From: Prasinococcaceae sp. CCMP 1430
Taxonomy: Eukaryota > Plantae > Prasinodermophyta
Assembly (NCBI GenBank): GCA_013416795.1
Contig: RQSC01000026.1
Span: 438,941 to 502,940 of the forward strand
Direction of reading: 5' to 3'
DNA length: 64,000 nt
The position numbers were made by a program, and so were the translations under genes. The first letter of the stretch is position 1. Every line of letters begins with the position of its first letter. The notes below the pieces were generated by a model, which was given only the letters and a program-made list of their open reading frames with translations, was not told the origin of the DNA and did not search any database. Positions 23,586 through 35,700 of this stretch are shown one piece after another.

Positions 23586-26500
23586 ATGTGGCAGCGCATG
23601 GTGGGAGGCGAACTGGCTGGGGGCGAAGATGGCGTGCTCGCGGCGCCGGAGCCGCTCATCCGCGCCAGCGCACCCGCGCCAGCCATGCCGGCTGCCGGCG
23701 CGGGCACGAAGGCGCGGGCGCGCACCTCGCGCGATGGCACGTGGGCGGGCGCGCCGAACGACGCGAGCAGCGACGATGGCGGCGACGGTGGTGGCAGCGG
23801 CAGCGCCTCGCCGGCGTCGACGGACAGCTTCTCGCTCATCTCGCACGAGGACGCCGAGGAGATTGCGGCGGCCGTCGCGCCGGTGCGCATCGTCGAGAAG
23901 CCTCGCTGGCGGCCGGACCTCGGCCCCCCGACTGCCGGGACGGAGGCAGAGGGCGTTGGGAGCGACCCGGCGCGCGCGCCTGCGACAGCCGGGGCGGATG
24001 CGCGTGCGCCCGTCCAGGACTTGCTAAAATCGGAGCCTGACGCCCCCGAGCTCGCGAGCGCCGAGCCCGCAGCAACAGAGCCCGCGTGCCCGGAGCCCGC
24101 GGCCCCGGAGAGCCCCCTCGAGTGGCTCACCTTTGAGCGCGGCGTCGCCGAGGCGGCGCGCGCGGTGCGCCGCCGGCGCGCCGAGTTCCGCGCGGAAGGC
24201 GAGCTCTCAGCGGTAGTCGTGGCCATCGCGGGCCCCAGCGGCAGCGGCAAGAGTCACATGGCCGGTGAATTGGCTGCCGCCGTTGGCGGCGCCGCCGTGC
24301 TCTGCCTCGACCAGTACGTCGATCCGGGCAAGGCGCCGGGTGCCGACAGGGACTTGTCGTTTGAGCACCTTGACATCGAGCTGCTGCTGGTCAACCTGAG
24401 CGACCTCTCCGCGGGCAAGGCCACGGACGCACCGCTGACCGACATTGAGCGCCGTGCGCGCATCGGCTTCGTCCGCGTGGAGCCCTCGAACGTCGTCATC
24501 GTCGAAGGAGTGCAGGCGTTGCACAGCGCGCTCCGCGCGCACGTGCATTACAGTGTCGCGCTGGTGGGAGGCGCGCACTACGAGCTCGCGCGCCGCGCGC
24601 GCCGCGCGCGCTGGGGAGCGGGCTCGCCACCCTCGAGCCCGGTCATGGCGAGCGGTGGACTCCGTCGCTCCGACTCTGTCGTCGGTAGCCTCTTCCCGGA
24701 CTTCGCGAGGAATCTCGACGAGATGGCGATGGCCTCGCTGCGCGTGACCAACGACTTCGAGCCGTTGGCGCTGTGCGTGCGCGAGCCGCTGTACGTCATT
24801 AAGGCAGAGGTCAGCGCCGACACCGCCACGAAGGCGAGGGCGATCGCGGCAGCCTTCGACAGCGACACCGAGCGCGTCACCTACTCGGAACAGGAGTGTG
24901 TGGTGGACACCTACCTGCGACCCGCGGCCGCGGGCGCCGCCACCCCCGCAGGCGCCACCGGCACGCACGCGCTGACCGATTGGGTTCGCCATCGCACGTG
25001 CGGCGCCCGCCGCACCATCATGTTCCGCGAGTACCTGACGGACAAGGACCTCATTCTCAGCAGTCGGGGCCAGTACGAGGTTGGCGTCAGCGTGCTACCC
25101 GCGCTGCTCGCAATGGGCTTTGAGGAGGTGGCCGAGGTCACGCGCCGCACGGAAACCTTCACCGACGGCAGCCTCAGCGTGTGCTTCGAGCACGTCCGCA
25201 CCCCGACGCTCGCCGTGGTCGAGGGCGGCGTGCCGCGCCCGCTCGACGGCCGGTTCTTGCTCGTCAAGGGCGCTGACAAGGGGCTCGTCCGCCAGGCGGC
25301 TGAGCGTCTGGGCATGAAAGACCGGTCGCGCATCGTCAAGTCAACTCTCGAGCTGGCGCTCGAGGGAAGAAATCTTCCTGATGGACGCGTCCTCTCCGAG
25401 TCCGACACCGAGAGCGAGTTGCTCGACGAGGCCACCGGCGTCGCTAGTGCTGAGGCTGCTGGTGACGCGGCGCGCGTGACTGCTGAGACGATGCGGAAAG
25501 GGTCGAGCACCTCATCGTCCATGACCTCGTCGTTCAACTCGAGCGTGGGTACTGACGGGGACGTGGTGCATATGACCGACGTCGAGGATGTTGCCAGTAA
25601 GAGCGAGGCTAGTAGCGTCGACGAGGATGCATTTTCCGCCGACTCTGGAGATGCCAGCGCAGATGATCACAACGTGTACGCGATGGTGGATGCGAAAGAT
25701 GCTGAGGGGACAGACGACGGCGCGGATGCGCTGGCCGAACCTGCGATTCGCATGCAGGTCGACGCGAGCGATTGGCGTACGAGCGTTGGCCCCGACGGCT
25801 GCCTGGGCTTGCTCCCCTTCCAGGAGCGCAACGTCAGCATCGACTCTGGCCTTTTTCTGATCGCGCAGGCGCTGCAGATCCTGCGCGAGAACCCTGAGGG
25901 TCCAAGCCCGGTGATAGTTGGCATATTCGGGCCGCGTGGCTCGGGCGTGACCTCTTTAGCGAGCGCAGTCTCTGTGCTGCTCGACGACGCCGTGGTCGTC
26001 TCGGCGGACGCCGCCCCCTACTCATCCAGCGCGAGCCTGGGCCTGGGAGACCAGGCGAGCGAGCTCCTGAGGGCCCAGCGGGAACACGTGCGCTCGGAGC
26101 TCGAGGTCCTGAGCGGGTCCGAGCGACGGGTGGGAGGGAGCAGATCGACGCCCAGTGCTATCGTTGTCGAGGCCCCCCTCGAGGTCTTCTGCGACAACGA
26201 AATCGCCGAAGCCGTCCACTTCCGCGTTCACACATCCGGCGGCCTCAGTCTGCACCTGCGCTCACGCGTTCAGGAGGATGCCGTTGCCGCGGGGCTTCTC
26301 CCGGTAGAGGGCGGCACCTCGCCGATGAACGCCTTGCACGAGTCATTGCTAGAGGATGCACCGAGTTGCACATCTGAATTGGACGGGTCAAGCGCCCTTC
26401 CCCCCCACCTTCATATTTTGAACGATTTCGACGAAATGGCAAAGCCTATCGACCCCGTGTACGAGGCGGCGGTGCTCGTGAGCGACAGCGTCGGCGGGGA

Positions 26501-27671
26501 CCGCGGCGCTTTGCTGCGGCTGCTCAGGGGGCCTGCCCCAGTGGTGAACACCGAAGAGATGGCGATCGCGCTCGGAGCGCTCCCCGATGACAGTGGACGG
26601 GTGGAGAGAATGCAGGTTCGCCACCGGTCGTGGCAGGATTTCTACCTGGTGCCACCGGGCGCTGATGCGGCGTCCGCCTTGTTGGACGCGTGCGGGCGCT
26701 GGATGCGCATCCGCCGAGAGGGTTCGCGCATGCACCTGCGCATGGGCGAGCGCACGTGCCCCTACGCAATGTGGCTGCGCGGTACCAGTGGCCAGCCTAA
26801 GTCCTTCCGCGAACCTCGCGCACGTCCTCTGGGCACGCCTGCTCTCCGCCGGCCTGAGTACGACGTGCCCATGCGCACCCTCGCCGCGCTCCTTGCGGCC
26901 GGCTACCGCATCGTGGGTGCCGCTTCTGTCAAGTGCACGGAATACGTGTTCGCCGCTGGCGCTGACAAGCGACTCTCATGCGTCATCGAGAGCGTTGATG
27001 GCGCCCATAGGCGGACGTACACCGAGGCGTTCGTGCGTGGTTCGTCTGCTCCAGACGTCCACAACGCCACGCGCGCGCTCGGCAGGGCACTCGAGCGTGT
27101 GCGCGAGTCACGGTGGCTGCACCTGAATTCCACGTGGAGCGCAGGCATGGCCACCGCCGAGTGCGCGTTGAGAGCGATGCTCTCGCCCATCAGCACTGTC
27201 GAACAGGCGCTCGCGCTGGGCCTCGACCACTCGCCAGTGGCTGTCGCAATGGAAGGCGTCGACAGGCTCGAGGCGGAGTTGCTCGCAGTCGCAAGTGCGC
27301 ACGGCATGGATGCCGCCCGTCTGCAGGCGGCGGTCCTGCTGGCGAATCGACGGAAGATTATAGCGACCCGCCGCGCGGTGTCGGCGGGTGCTTACTGTTT
27401 GGCGGCGCTGCTCGCATTGGGCGTGTCTGCGTACAGCTACAACTTGCTTTCCTCGCCGCGATCGCGCAGAGGCGGTGGGGGCAGCGGCCAGCTCCCGAGG
27501 GGCGCCAAGATGGGCTCGCGCGCGAGGCTGGCAGGCGACGCCTGGCCGAACAGACTTGGGCGCGCGCAGAGCAATGCCATCGAGCTGGGCCTGTGGGCAA
27601 TGGATGCGATCAGCGGCGCGGTCACCGACGACTCGATGCGATGCACGCCGCCGGCGTGGCGGCGCTTCTGA
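23586..27671 (+). CDS. Tandem uridine-kinase-like P-loop + CYTH (triphosphate tunnel, TTM-like) protein with C-terminal membrane anchor
   Basis: Module 1: VAIAGPSGSGKS, VIVEGVQALH, VGGAHYEL, DTYLRP, DWVRHR, LLAMGF. Module 2: VGIFGPRGSGVTS, DFYLVPP, WMRIRR, LLAAGY. TM segment AYCLAALLALGVSAYSY. Confidence 0.82.
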   Translation: MWQRMVGGELAGGEDGVLAAPEPLIRASAPAPAMPAAGAGTKARARTSRDGTWAGAPNDASSDDGGDGGGSGSASPASTDSFSLISHEDAEEIAAAVAPVRIVEKPRWRPDLGPPTAGTEAEGVGSDPARAPATAGADARAPVQDLLKSEPDAPELASAEPAATEPACPEPAAPESPLEWLTFERGVAEAARAVRRRRAEFRAEGELSAVVVAIAGPSGSGKSHMAGELAAAVGGAAVLCLDQYVDPGKAPGADRDLSFEHLDIELLLVNLSDLSAGKATDAPLTDIERRARIGFVRVEPSNVVIVEGVQALHSALRAHVHYSVALVGGAHYELARRARRARWGAGSPPSSPVMASGGLRRSDSVVGSLFPDFARNLDEMAMASLRVTNDFEPLALCVREPLYVIKAEVSADTATKARAIAAAFDSDTERVTYSEQECVVDTYLRPAAAGAATPAGATGTHALTDWVRHRTCGARRTIMFREYLTDKDLILSSRGQYEVGVSVLPALLAMGFEEVAEVTRRTETFTDGSLSVCFEHVRTPTLAVVEGGVPRPLDGRFLLVKGADKGLVRQAAERLGMKDRSRIVKSTLELALEGRNLPDGRVLSESDTESELLDEATGVASAEAAGDAARVTAETMRKGSSTSSSMTSSFNSSVGTDGDVVHMTDVEDVASKSEASSVDEDAFSADSGDASADDHNVYAMVDAKDAEGTDDGADALAEPAIRMQVDASDWRTSVGPDGCLGLLPFQERNVSIDSGLFLIAQALQILRENPEGPSPVIVGIFGPRGSGVTSLASAVSVLLDDAVVVSADAAPYSSSASLGLGDQASELLRAQREHVRSELEVLSGSERRVGGSRSTPSAIVVEAPLEVFCDNEIAEAVHFRVHTSGGLSLHLRSRVQEDAVAAGLLPVEGGTSPMNALHESLLEDAPSCTSELDGSSALPPHLHILNDFDEMAKPIDPVYEAAVLVSDSVGGDRGALLRLLRGPAPVVNTEEMAIALGALPDDSGRVERMQVRHRSWQDFYLVPPGADAASALLDACGRWMRIRREGSRMHLRMGERTCPYAMWLRGTSGQPKSFREPRARPLGTPALRRPEYDVPMRTLAALLAAGYRIVGAASVKCTEYVFAAGADKRLSCVIESVDGAHRRTYTEAFVRGSSAPDVHNATRALGRALERVRESRWLHLNSTWSAGMATAECALRAMLSPISTVEQALALGLDHSPVAVAMEGVDRLEAELLAVASAHGMDAARLQAAVLLANRRKIIATRRAVSAGAYCLAALLALGVSAYSYNLLSSPRSRRGGGGSGQLPRGAKMGSRARLAGDAWPNRLGRAQSNAIELGLWAMDAISGAVTDDSMRCTPPAWRRF

Positions 27672-27784
27672 AGTGCTGTACTGAGAAGAGAGGAATGTGG
27701 CGCACATTAGTCCATCATACCTGTACCCTGTACTGTAGACGTCTGTTAAATCAACGAAACCGCTCACTGCGGCTGCGCCGCAAC

Positions 27785-29392
27785 CTAGGCGCGCCTGTGT
27801 GGGACGAGGCCGCGCGTGGCCTGTCGCAGCGCCACCACGTGTCTGACCTTTTTCCATGCCTCGTGGTCGTGAAAAGTTGAATCCCGATTGTCGACCGTCA
27901 TGTCGTAGACTCGGAGCGCCGAGTCCTCGGCCCCCAGAACCACGCGTGCGTGTTCGAAATCGAGCCCGAGCACTCCAACGCGTTCCGTGTGCAGTACATG
28001 GCAGCGACGCGTGCGCTCATGCAAGATGCACACTTTGCCGTCGTCGCCACCTGTCAACACCATTTCCATCTCTGGTCGATACTTGACTACGTTTACCACG
28101 TCATCGTGCACTCGATTGACGAAAAGAGCATTGTCGCTCGCACCGCTTCCAATAGCGCGGAGATCGAAGAGGCGCAGGGTGCCATCGGCTGCGCCCACCG
28201 CAAGCACGTGCCCCCCCGAAGAGCAGCATCGCACGGCCCCTCTGCGAGATGCGCGCACTTCATTGACCGTGCTACTGCTGGCACGCGCGTCCCAGAGCCG
28301 CAAGTAACCGTCACCGCACGCTCCCGCGATTGCCGCACCCGCGCCCGACATCTCTCCACCCGCGAGGCCGTAAACGTCAATCTGGCCGACCTCCAGCTCA
28401 GCTGCCTTGGCGCCCCACCGCGCGACATCGAGCACTGTCAAGACGCCAGGCAATCTGCCTTGACATGATGATGGCAGGCCGAGCGACGAGTTGACGCCAG
28501 ACACGAGCCAGCCCGGCGAGCGGCTCGGGACGGCGTGAACGAGCGAACTCGGCAGCGACATGCGGTCGAGACCGCGCAAGGAACGCGAGGGACTGCTGCC
28601 ACCGAGGGCCTCCTGCGAGCAGTCCCACAACGCCACTTCCTTGCCTCCTGCAGCCGTTACGCCGACGTCCGCACAGACATCACCGCCGCAGAAGGTAACG
28701 GAAGTCACCTCACCGTCGGCGTCGCCCACTGTGAAACGACTCGCGCAACCCTCCGCGAGCTGCTCGCGCGTTCCTGGCGATGAGCCTGCCGAACCGTAGC
28801 CATGAATTTCCTCTGCGTCCGATCCACTCGGTGACCTTGGAGGAGTGGCGTCTCCGCTGCCCGAGCGTCCTGCCCCGCCGGTACTATGACTTGCCCCCAT
28901 CGGTGCACGCTCGAGGTCCCGCGGGTGATGCAAGAGGTCGAGCGTGACCGCACGAACGTTGCCATCGGCGCATCCGGTGAGCAGCAGCGAGCGCGGCGCG
29001 TGCAGGCGCACTGCATGAATGTAGCTGGAGTGCGTATGAGAGACTTGGCGCTTGAAGCGATGCCTGCGCCAATTGGAGTCGACAGACATTGAGGCCATGA
29101 CGCTCGCACGGTAGCTTCCGCCGACCATGACCCCTGGCCAGCGCCCACAGCCGACAGCGGCGTGCTTCCATGCGTAGTCATCTTCAGCGGCGCTGCGTAG
29201 CCTGCGGCACGACGCTGCGGCAGCTGCAACATCCTTTGGCGGTAGCTTTCCGAGTACCGCTCGCAGCACCTCGTCGGGGCAGTCCGTCACCAGGGGCGCG
29301 TCCTCGTCGCACGCATTCGCTGACGAGGCTTGCGGCGCGGACGGGACCCCGTCATCCTCGCAGCACGGGCAATGCTGCGGCTGCACACGCAT
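27785..29392 (-). CDS. F-box/WD40-repeat protein
   Basis: F-box DCPDEVLRAVLGKLPPKDVAAAAASCRRLR...W and WD repeats (GDGYLRLWDAR, ADGTLRLFDLR, TGGDDGKV, EDSALRVYD). Confidence 0.88.
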   Translation of the reverse strand: MRVQPQHCPCCEDDGVPSAPQASSANACDEDAPLVTDCPDEVLRAVLGKLPPKDVAAAAASCRRLRSAAEDDYAWKHAAVGCGRWPGVMVGGSYRASVMASMSVDSNWRRHRFKRQVSHTHSSYIHAVRLHAPRSLLLTGCADGNVRAVTLDLLHHPRDLERAPMGASHSTGGAGRSGSGDATPPRSPSGSDAEEIHGYGSAGSSPGTREQLAEGCASRFTVGDADGEVTSVTFCGGDVCADVGVTAAGGKEVALWDCSQEALGGSSPSRSLRGLDRMSLPSSLVHAVPSRSPGWLVSGVNSSLGLPSSCQGRLPGVLTVLDVARWGAKAAELEVGQIDVYGLAGGEMSGAGAAIAGACGDGYLRLWDARASSSTVNEVRASRRGAVRCCSSGGHVLAVGAADGTLRLFDLRAIGSGASDNALFVNRVHDDVVNVVKYRPEMEMVLTGGDDGKVCILHERTRRCHVLHTERVGVLGLDFEHARVVLGAEDSALRVYDMTVDNRDSTFHDHEAWKKVRHVVALRQATRGLVPHRRA

Positions 29393-29641
29393 CGCGCTCG
29401 GGGAGTGGCGCGCGCCCGCGTGGCGTGCGCTCCTTTCTCCTGAACCGCAACCAAACGTCCTGCCAATCAATATCAATATCAAGGCACAAGGCAGGGGCAG
29501 GTGTTGATTAGGATAATTATCAGGGTTTGTAAAAAAATGCGTCACGCCTGCTGGCCACTGGCGGACGAACTCAGCGCACCCAGCGGCGCGGACAAAGAAT
29601 GCCTTGCGAGAGTGGGGACTCACTGGGGAGCGCGCGCGCTC

Positions 29642-30837
29642 CTAGTTCCTGAGCCAACCCTTGGCCGCCTCGTACATGTAGAAGGACAGCGCAGAAGTCT
29701 GCGCAACGTTGAGCGTGCGCGCGGCGAGCCCCACGGTCATCGTGCGCAGGACGCCTTCGCGCGACAGCTGGCGCAGGGCGCCCGCGAGCGAGAGCTCACT
29801 GCCGGGCACGGCCTGCAGACGCGTCTGCGTGAGTGCACGCATGGCAGAGCGCACGTGTCAGGCCGGGCGAGCGCAGAGCGTGCCGCTCGTGGCGTTCTGA
29901 ATACGCGCGCCTCGGTTGCATGCGCCGGAGCCCCGTGGCGCACGCGAAACGAAGCGCACGTACCTTTGCGGTGTCCAGCGGCTGCGTGAGCACGCACGCG
30001 CCCGAGGCTGCCGCTGCCGCCGCCCCTGCACACGCCCACGCGGGAAGTTCTTCTGCCTCCCCGCCTCTTGGGCGCGCCAGCCCCATGTGTGCCGCGCACG
30101 CGTCCTTGGCGGCCTCGTACATGGCGAAGTACAGCATGTTCCACGGACCCCACACGGCGAGCGTGGCGCCGTAGCCCTTGAAGAGCCCGCGAAAGAGCCC
30201 CTCGGAGCGCACGACGGCAGCAAGCGCCTCCCCCGCATGGCGAAACTCGCGTGCGCCGGCGGCGCCTGCCTCGAGCGCCAGACGCTGCGTCTGCATGCGC
30301 TCCTTGACGACGTCCACGGGCGTGAAGACAACGTTCGCCACTGCCTGGGCGGCCAGACCCGCAGCCATGTGGCCAGACGAGCCTGCATTGGGCGAAGCCG
30401 ACTCAATGGCAGCCTTTGCAGCCTGAGGGCGCGCGTGGCAGATTGATGCGGCGCGGCCAAAACGCGTCAGAGCTGATTTGTGGAACACATCCGCACTCGA
30501 TGCGCTTGTGCCCACATACCTCATACCCCCCGAAGTACAAGGTGTTGGCGGGCACTGTGCCCACAGCGACAGCACCAAAGCCGCGATAGAGCCCCGCAGC
30601 GCCCTCCAGGGCCAGTGTTTGCCGCAGCACGCCCAGCAGTGGCGCGCGCGCCACGACACGCGCGCTACCGCCGCCGCCGCCGCCTGTCCCCCCCGCCGCG
30701 AACGCGCCGGCGACCTGCTGCTGCGCTTTGAGCGTGTCGAGCGGGTGCGTCAGCGCGCGCGCCCCGATCCCCGACATGCCGCCCGCCGCGAGGTCGTGCC
30801 ACCACATGCCGCCCCCGCCCCCTCCGTCGCCTGCCAT
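29642..30837 (-). CDS. Mitochondrial carrier (SLC25) family protein; exons 30837-30520, 30422-29964, 29824-29642
   Basis: Three PxDxxK motifs (HPLDTLK, TPVDVVKERMQ, QPLDTAK|TRLQ) and EG..GLY/FxG motifs. Two canonical introns. Confidence 0.92.
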
Positions 30838-31243
30838 CGCCCCCTTTCCCCCCCCCTCCTTCCCCGCGCGCTCGCCGCGCCCGCGAGCGCGCGCTGTGTG
30901 GCCCCGCGGCGAGCGCCGCGGCGCGCACGCGCGGCCCGAGGATCGGGCGCACTTTTTGCGCGGCGCAGCGCGCACGCGCCCGTTTGGGGTACGCGCGTCA
31001 CACTTTCGGTGTCGAGTGCACTTGAGTCTCCCTTAGGGTTTGGACTTTGCCCCCGGAATGTGCGGAACCAACGCTGTTCAGTTGGGTGGGACTCGATGAT
31101 GATTTGATGGCGGCACCCCGCCGAGGGTCTACACTGTGAAAAAAAGGGTGCGGTGAGAGTGTCGGCGTCGAGGGCTTCCGGAGGCGGCCAGTGTGCGCGC
31201 GGCTGCTGCTGCGGCGGCTGCGGCCGTGCGGACGCCCACGGCC

Positions 31244-32618
31244 ATGGCGGCGCGGGCGGCTGCGCAGGCGCGGGGTGGCGGGCGGCGACGCCGCCGCGCA
31301 GCAGGGCTCGGGCGCGCAGGAGGGCGCGGCGCGCACCAACGTGCCCATCTCGGAATGGGGCAAGGGGCGTGTCGCCTCAGCGGACGAACTTCCGGAGGAG
31401 CCTGGCTCGGCCGCTGCTGCGCTGAGCGTGCGACCGGACAAGCCGCCTCGTGCGATCGAGCGGGAGATGGCAGACAAGCTCGCCACTATGTTCCGCAAGT
31501 CTGACAAGGTGCGGACGCGCGAGTGCGACGGCCCGCGGGGATAGCGCTCGCGCGTGGGGCTAACCTCGACCGCCTCGCGTCCCCGACCCTTTTTCTCCTC
31601 TCGAACGCCCACGCCCGTGCGCGCGCTTTGCCCCTGGCGGCCTCCGCGCGGTGCTTTGCCCTCCACATGGCCGCGCTCGCCGCAGGCCGAGTGGAGCAAA
31701 CTGGTAGGCTTCTCCGCTGAGTGGACGGAGATCTCGGAGAGCTTCATGATGCACCTCACCGACATGGTGCGCGAAACGGCCGACCCGGCAGAGGAGGCGC
31801 TGCTGCTTGCCATGCGCCGCCGCCTTCGGCGCATCGACGCAACGCTGCGCGAGAGCCTCGACACCATCCAGGCAGCGCTCGACGCCGCTCGCGAGAAGGA
31901 GCTCGAGAGCTGGGTTGCGCAGGAGCGCGCGCTGCTCACAAAGGACTTCTTCGCCTTCTTTCAGACGTATGTGAGCCGCGAGGAGGACGAGGAGCGCCAG
32001 GACGCACTGGCGGGGCTGCTCACCGATCTGCTGGCGCTCTGCCAGGCGCACGACAACCTGGGGGAGCAGGAGGAGGCCATGATTGAGGCAGGTGCCAAGC
32101 TGGACCTTCTGCTGCAGGGGAAGTCTATACAGGAAATGACAGACAAGCTGGACGAAATGGGGGACAATGGCGAGGTTGACGCGGCGTTCATGCTTACCAT
32201 GGCCAAGGCATACGCAGGCGCCAAGGAGAGCTCGATGGTGCGTGACGAGGCCAAGGACGTGATGGCCCACCTGTACTTCCGCGCCAAGGAGAACATGGCC
32301 AAGAACCTCCCGGACGAGGTCCGCATCCTGCGCCACCTCATTTCCATCGAGGACCCGCTGGAGCTGCGCGCTAATCTTGACGACGCCTTCGAGCCGGGTG
32401 AGACCATCGATGGCTGGCAGAGTGGCGTGGAGGGCGGCAAAGACTACCTGAGCACCACGCCCGCGCGGCTGCTGGACTGCTGTGACGCGGTGCTCACGGC
32501 ATTCATGCAGCAACGCGGCGGCTCCATGCTCTCCGAGGCCATCCCCATGATGAACCCGGTGACCATCGACAGGGTGCGGAACATACACGCGATGATCCAG
32601 CAGCACTACGCGGCTTGA
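31244..32618 (+). CDS. Uncharacterised plastid protein, At4g37920-like; intron 31509-31685; start frame ambiguous
   Basis: AKAYAGAKES..DEAKDVMAHLY..PDEVRILRHLISIEDP..LDDAFEPG..DYLSTTP pattern typical of this green-lineage family. Confidence 0.75.
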
Positions 32619-32783
32619 TGAAGCGCGAGCGCTGGTGGCCTTGCGTCAGTCTCTCTCACGTGTGCCCCTTGCACGTGCGCACGCGCGAGCGCGCGGGTCG
32701 GGGTGGCATGAGCAGCTTTCTCGCGCTTAGTCTAATGGAGCATAGGTTGTACAGAGAGGACAACTTAGTGGCTGCCTGCGCGG

Positions 32784-35700
32784 CTAGCGACTGAAGTTAT
32801 TGCGGGCTGCTGGCGCAGGCATGGGCGTGAAAAAGTGCGCACTGGCCCCCGCTCCGCCCGCTGCGGCTTGCGCGCCCACATGCGTGCTCGCCGCCGCCCC
32901 ACCGTCCTGACAGCCATCCGAGACCGCATGGCCTAGCGCTGTGCGTGTGACCCACTGGTTGTAGTCGAGGCGTAGCATGAGGCCGCCTGCGCCCGCTCCG
33001 CCATCCTGCACCTCCCCGCCACGTTCGCGCTGTCTGCTGGCCACTTGCTCAAGGAGGGCGTACAGGAACTCCGCGCTGTCGGTGAAGCGCGCGTGCGCCT
33101 CGCAGATGGCAGCGTACTCGCCGGTGTCTGCAAGCGCCGCCATGGTTGCCGCCCCTGCGCCCGCGCCTGCATCCCCCGCGAGCCTTTCCGCCTGGCGCGC
33201 GGCTGCGTCGCACAGCCTGTGCAACGAGATTGCGCCTTGTAGTACGCTCTCGACAGCCTCGCGCGCGGCGGCTTGGTCGTCCGCAAGCAGGCAGCGTACC
33301 TTGGCCTCCTCCAGATATTCGCGGTGCGCTTTGACGACGCAGCCGAGCGTGCGCGCACGAGAGAGCGCGGCCATGAGCTCCGACCAACAGACGCCCGCGA
33401 GCTGCATGCCGACGTGCTCGCGGAAGGCACGAACGAAGTGCGCGGCCTCGTGGCGATAGCGCTGCACGCGGTGCAACCGGCCGCGAAGTGCGCGCGCGGC
33501 GCGCTCCGCAGCCTCGCGCTCGGCAATTGGAGCTCCACGCAGACGACGCGCAGCTGTCCGCTCGCGCGCCGCCAGGAAGCGCTCGGCTGCCGAGAGCTCA
33601 CTGAAGGTCGCGTCGGTGGCTGCCTGTGCGCGCGCTGCGGCAATCTGGAAGCGCATCAGCTCTGAGTACACTTCGATGGCCTCCTGGGATATCACCGTTG
33701 AAAGCGCACCGCACGCACTCGCGCCCTCGCCGCCATCGCCGCCGTTGCTGCGGGTGTCGTAGTCGAAGCGCAGTGCATCGAAAGCATGCAGGGAGCTGCG
33801 ATCGACAATCGCCGGCGCACGGCCGCCCACCCACCCGATCGAGCATCGCGCCATGGCCAGATCGCCCTCCGCCTGTGCAAGCGCCTCGGTCCGTCCGTCC
33901 ATGTGGGCGCCCGGGCGCGAGAGGGCGTGCGCTCGATGCACCTCCTCGGCGCTACCCTGGTCGACGCTCGACCCACGCATCGCGGCCTCGAGCATGTTTG
34001 CAAGCTCGGCTTCGCCCGGCGTGGGCCTGCCGGTGGCGTCGGCGCCACAGCAACGCGCCTCAAGTGAGGTCGTAAGCTCGTGTGCGGCGTCGCCAGCGCG
34101 CATAAGCGCCACGAGCCGTATGGCGCCCAGGTGCGCCGCTAGGCGCTGCTCGTCCATGAGGAGCCGCAACACGCACTCGCTCGCCGATGCATGCCACAAG
34201 TGCGCCTCAGCAACGATCGAGGCACCGAGCGCAGCCTCAAGGGGCGCAAGTGGCGCATCGGACACGCGGGGGGGCGCGGCGGATGGCGCCATTTGCCTCA
34301 CTACTGCTGCCGTGTGAGAGTGAAGCGCTTCTTCCTCGGCCCCGGCCAGCGCGTCGAGCTCTGCAGTCTCATCCTGCCCTGTGTTGACCACTGAGTGTGC
34401 CGTCTCGTTTCCATCGCCGCCGACGACGGCAACATCGTTCGCACGGAAGTCGGCCGCCACGCGCAAGTGTGTCTCGTCCGGTCCAGTCGAGCCGCGCGTC
34501 AAGGTGACGAAGTCATCGTCACCAAGCGCCAAAATAGCGTCCTCAGCGGCACGCTCAGCCTCCGCATCAAGGTCGCCTGCGCCGCGGCCGTCACTGCCGC
34601 CGCGTGCTTGTAGCCCCCGCTGCAGGCGCGCGCCAGCAGCCTCGTAGCGCAGCCTGCGCCACTCGGCACGCGCCTCAGCCGCGTCGAGCGCACGCATCCA
34701 AGCCTCATGCGATTCCATCATCAGCCGCGACGCCGACGCCACTGCCTGCTGTACTGAAGGGGTGTCACCTGCAGCCAAATCGTCACGCGCCCTCACGGCC
34801 GCCGCGTCGCCTGCTGTACCGAATCCTTCCGCACCGGTGGTGCGCAGAGATAGGCCGCGTGCCTCCCGCAGCGCATCGGCCGCGGCGCGGCTATTCTCCA
34901 GTGACAGCGTCGCGATGGACGCCACGGCAGCAACGTCGCCTCGCCGCGCCGCGCGCGCAGCAGCCGCGCGAAGTTGCGCGCGCCGCTCGCCGGCACGCAC
35001 AGCTCGCAGCACCGCTGCGCGGTGGGCTGACAGCGCGGCGGCTTCTGTGGATGCCAACGCCGTGCGGCGCGCGCGCCGACCAACGAAGAAGCGCTCGCAC
35101 ATGGCCGAACGTGCGGCTGCTGCGGCCCCCAGCACCGTGCGCGAAGCCAGCAGCGTAGGCTCATCCGCATCCAAAGGAAGCGACGCATTGGCGGAGGCAC
35201 CCGCCAGCTCGCCCAGTCGCTCCGCCAGTGGGCGCGTGGGTGCGAAGGCCGCAAGCACGCGCACCTGCAGACCTGCCGCAAGCGCGAGGCCTGCCACGCC
35301 GCGCAGGAGCGCGGGCGGGCGCCGTGCGCCCTCGAGGTGAAGCCGCGCTTGCTCCCCGGCATCACCGCATGCCTGCTCGATGAAGAACTCATCGTGTGGG
35401 TCCTCGCAGCTACCGGTGGCAAGCCATTCACGCAACATCGCGGCGTACGGACGCAGTGCCGCGCCCAGTAGCCGGCGCGCGGTGGGTGCAAAGTCTGGGG
35501 TTGCTCTGCTCGCACGTGCGTGCAGGGCGTCAATGAGCGAGGCGCTCGAGCCGAAGCAGCTTGCGACGGGCGGCGCCTCGCCACTTCCTGAGCTACACAT
35601 GAGCACGTGGAGGGAGCGCAGGTGCGCGCGTGCGCCCTCGGTGTGCAGCGAGGTCTGGAGCATTGAGAGTGGTTGGTCCGCCCCGATGTGCGTGCCGCTG

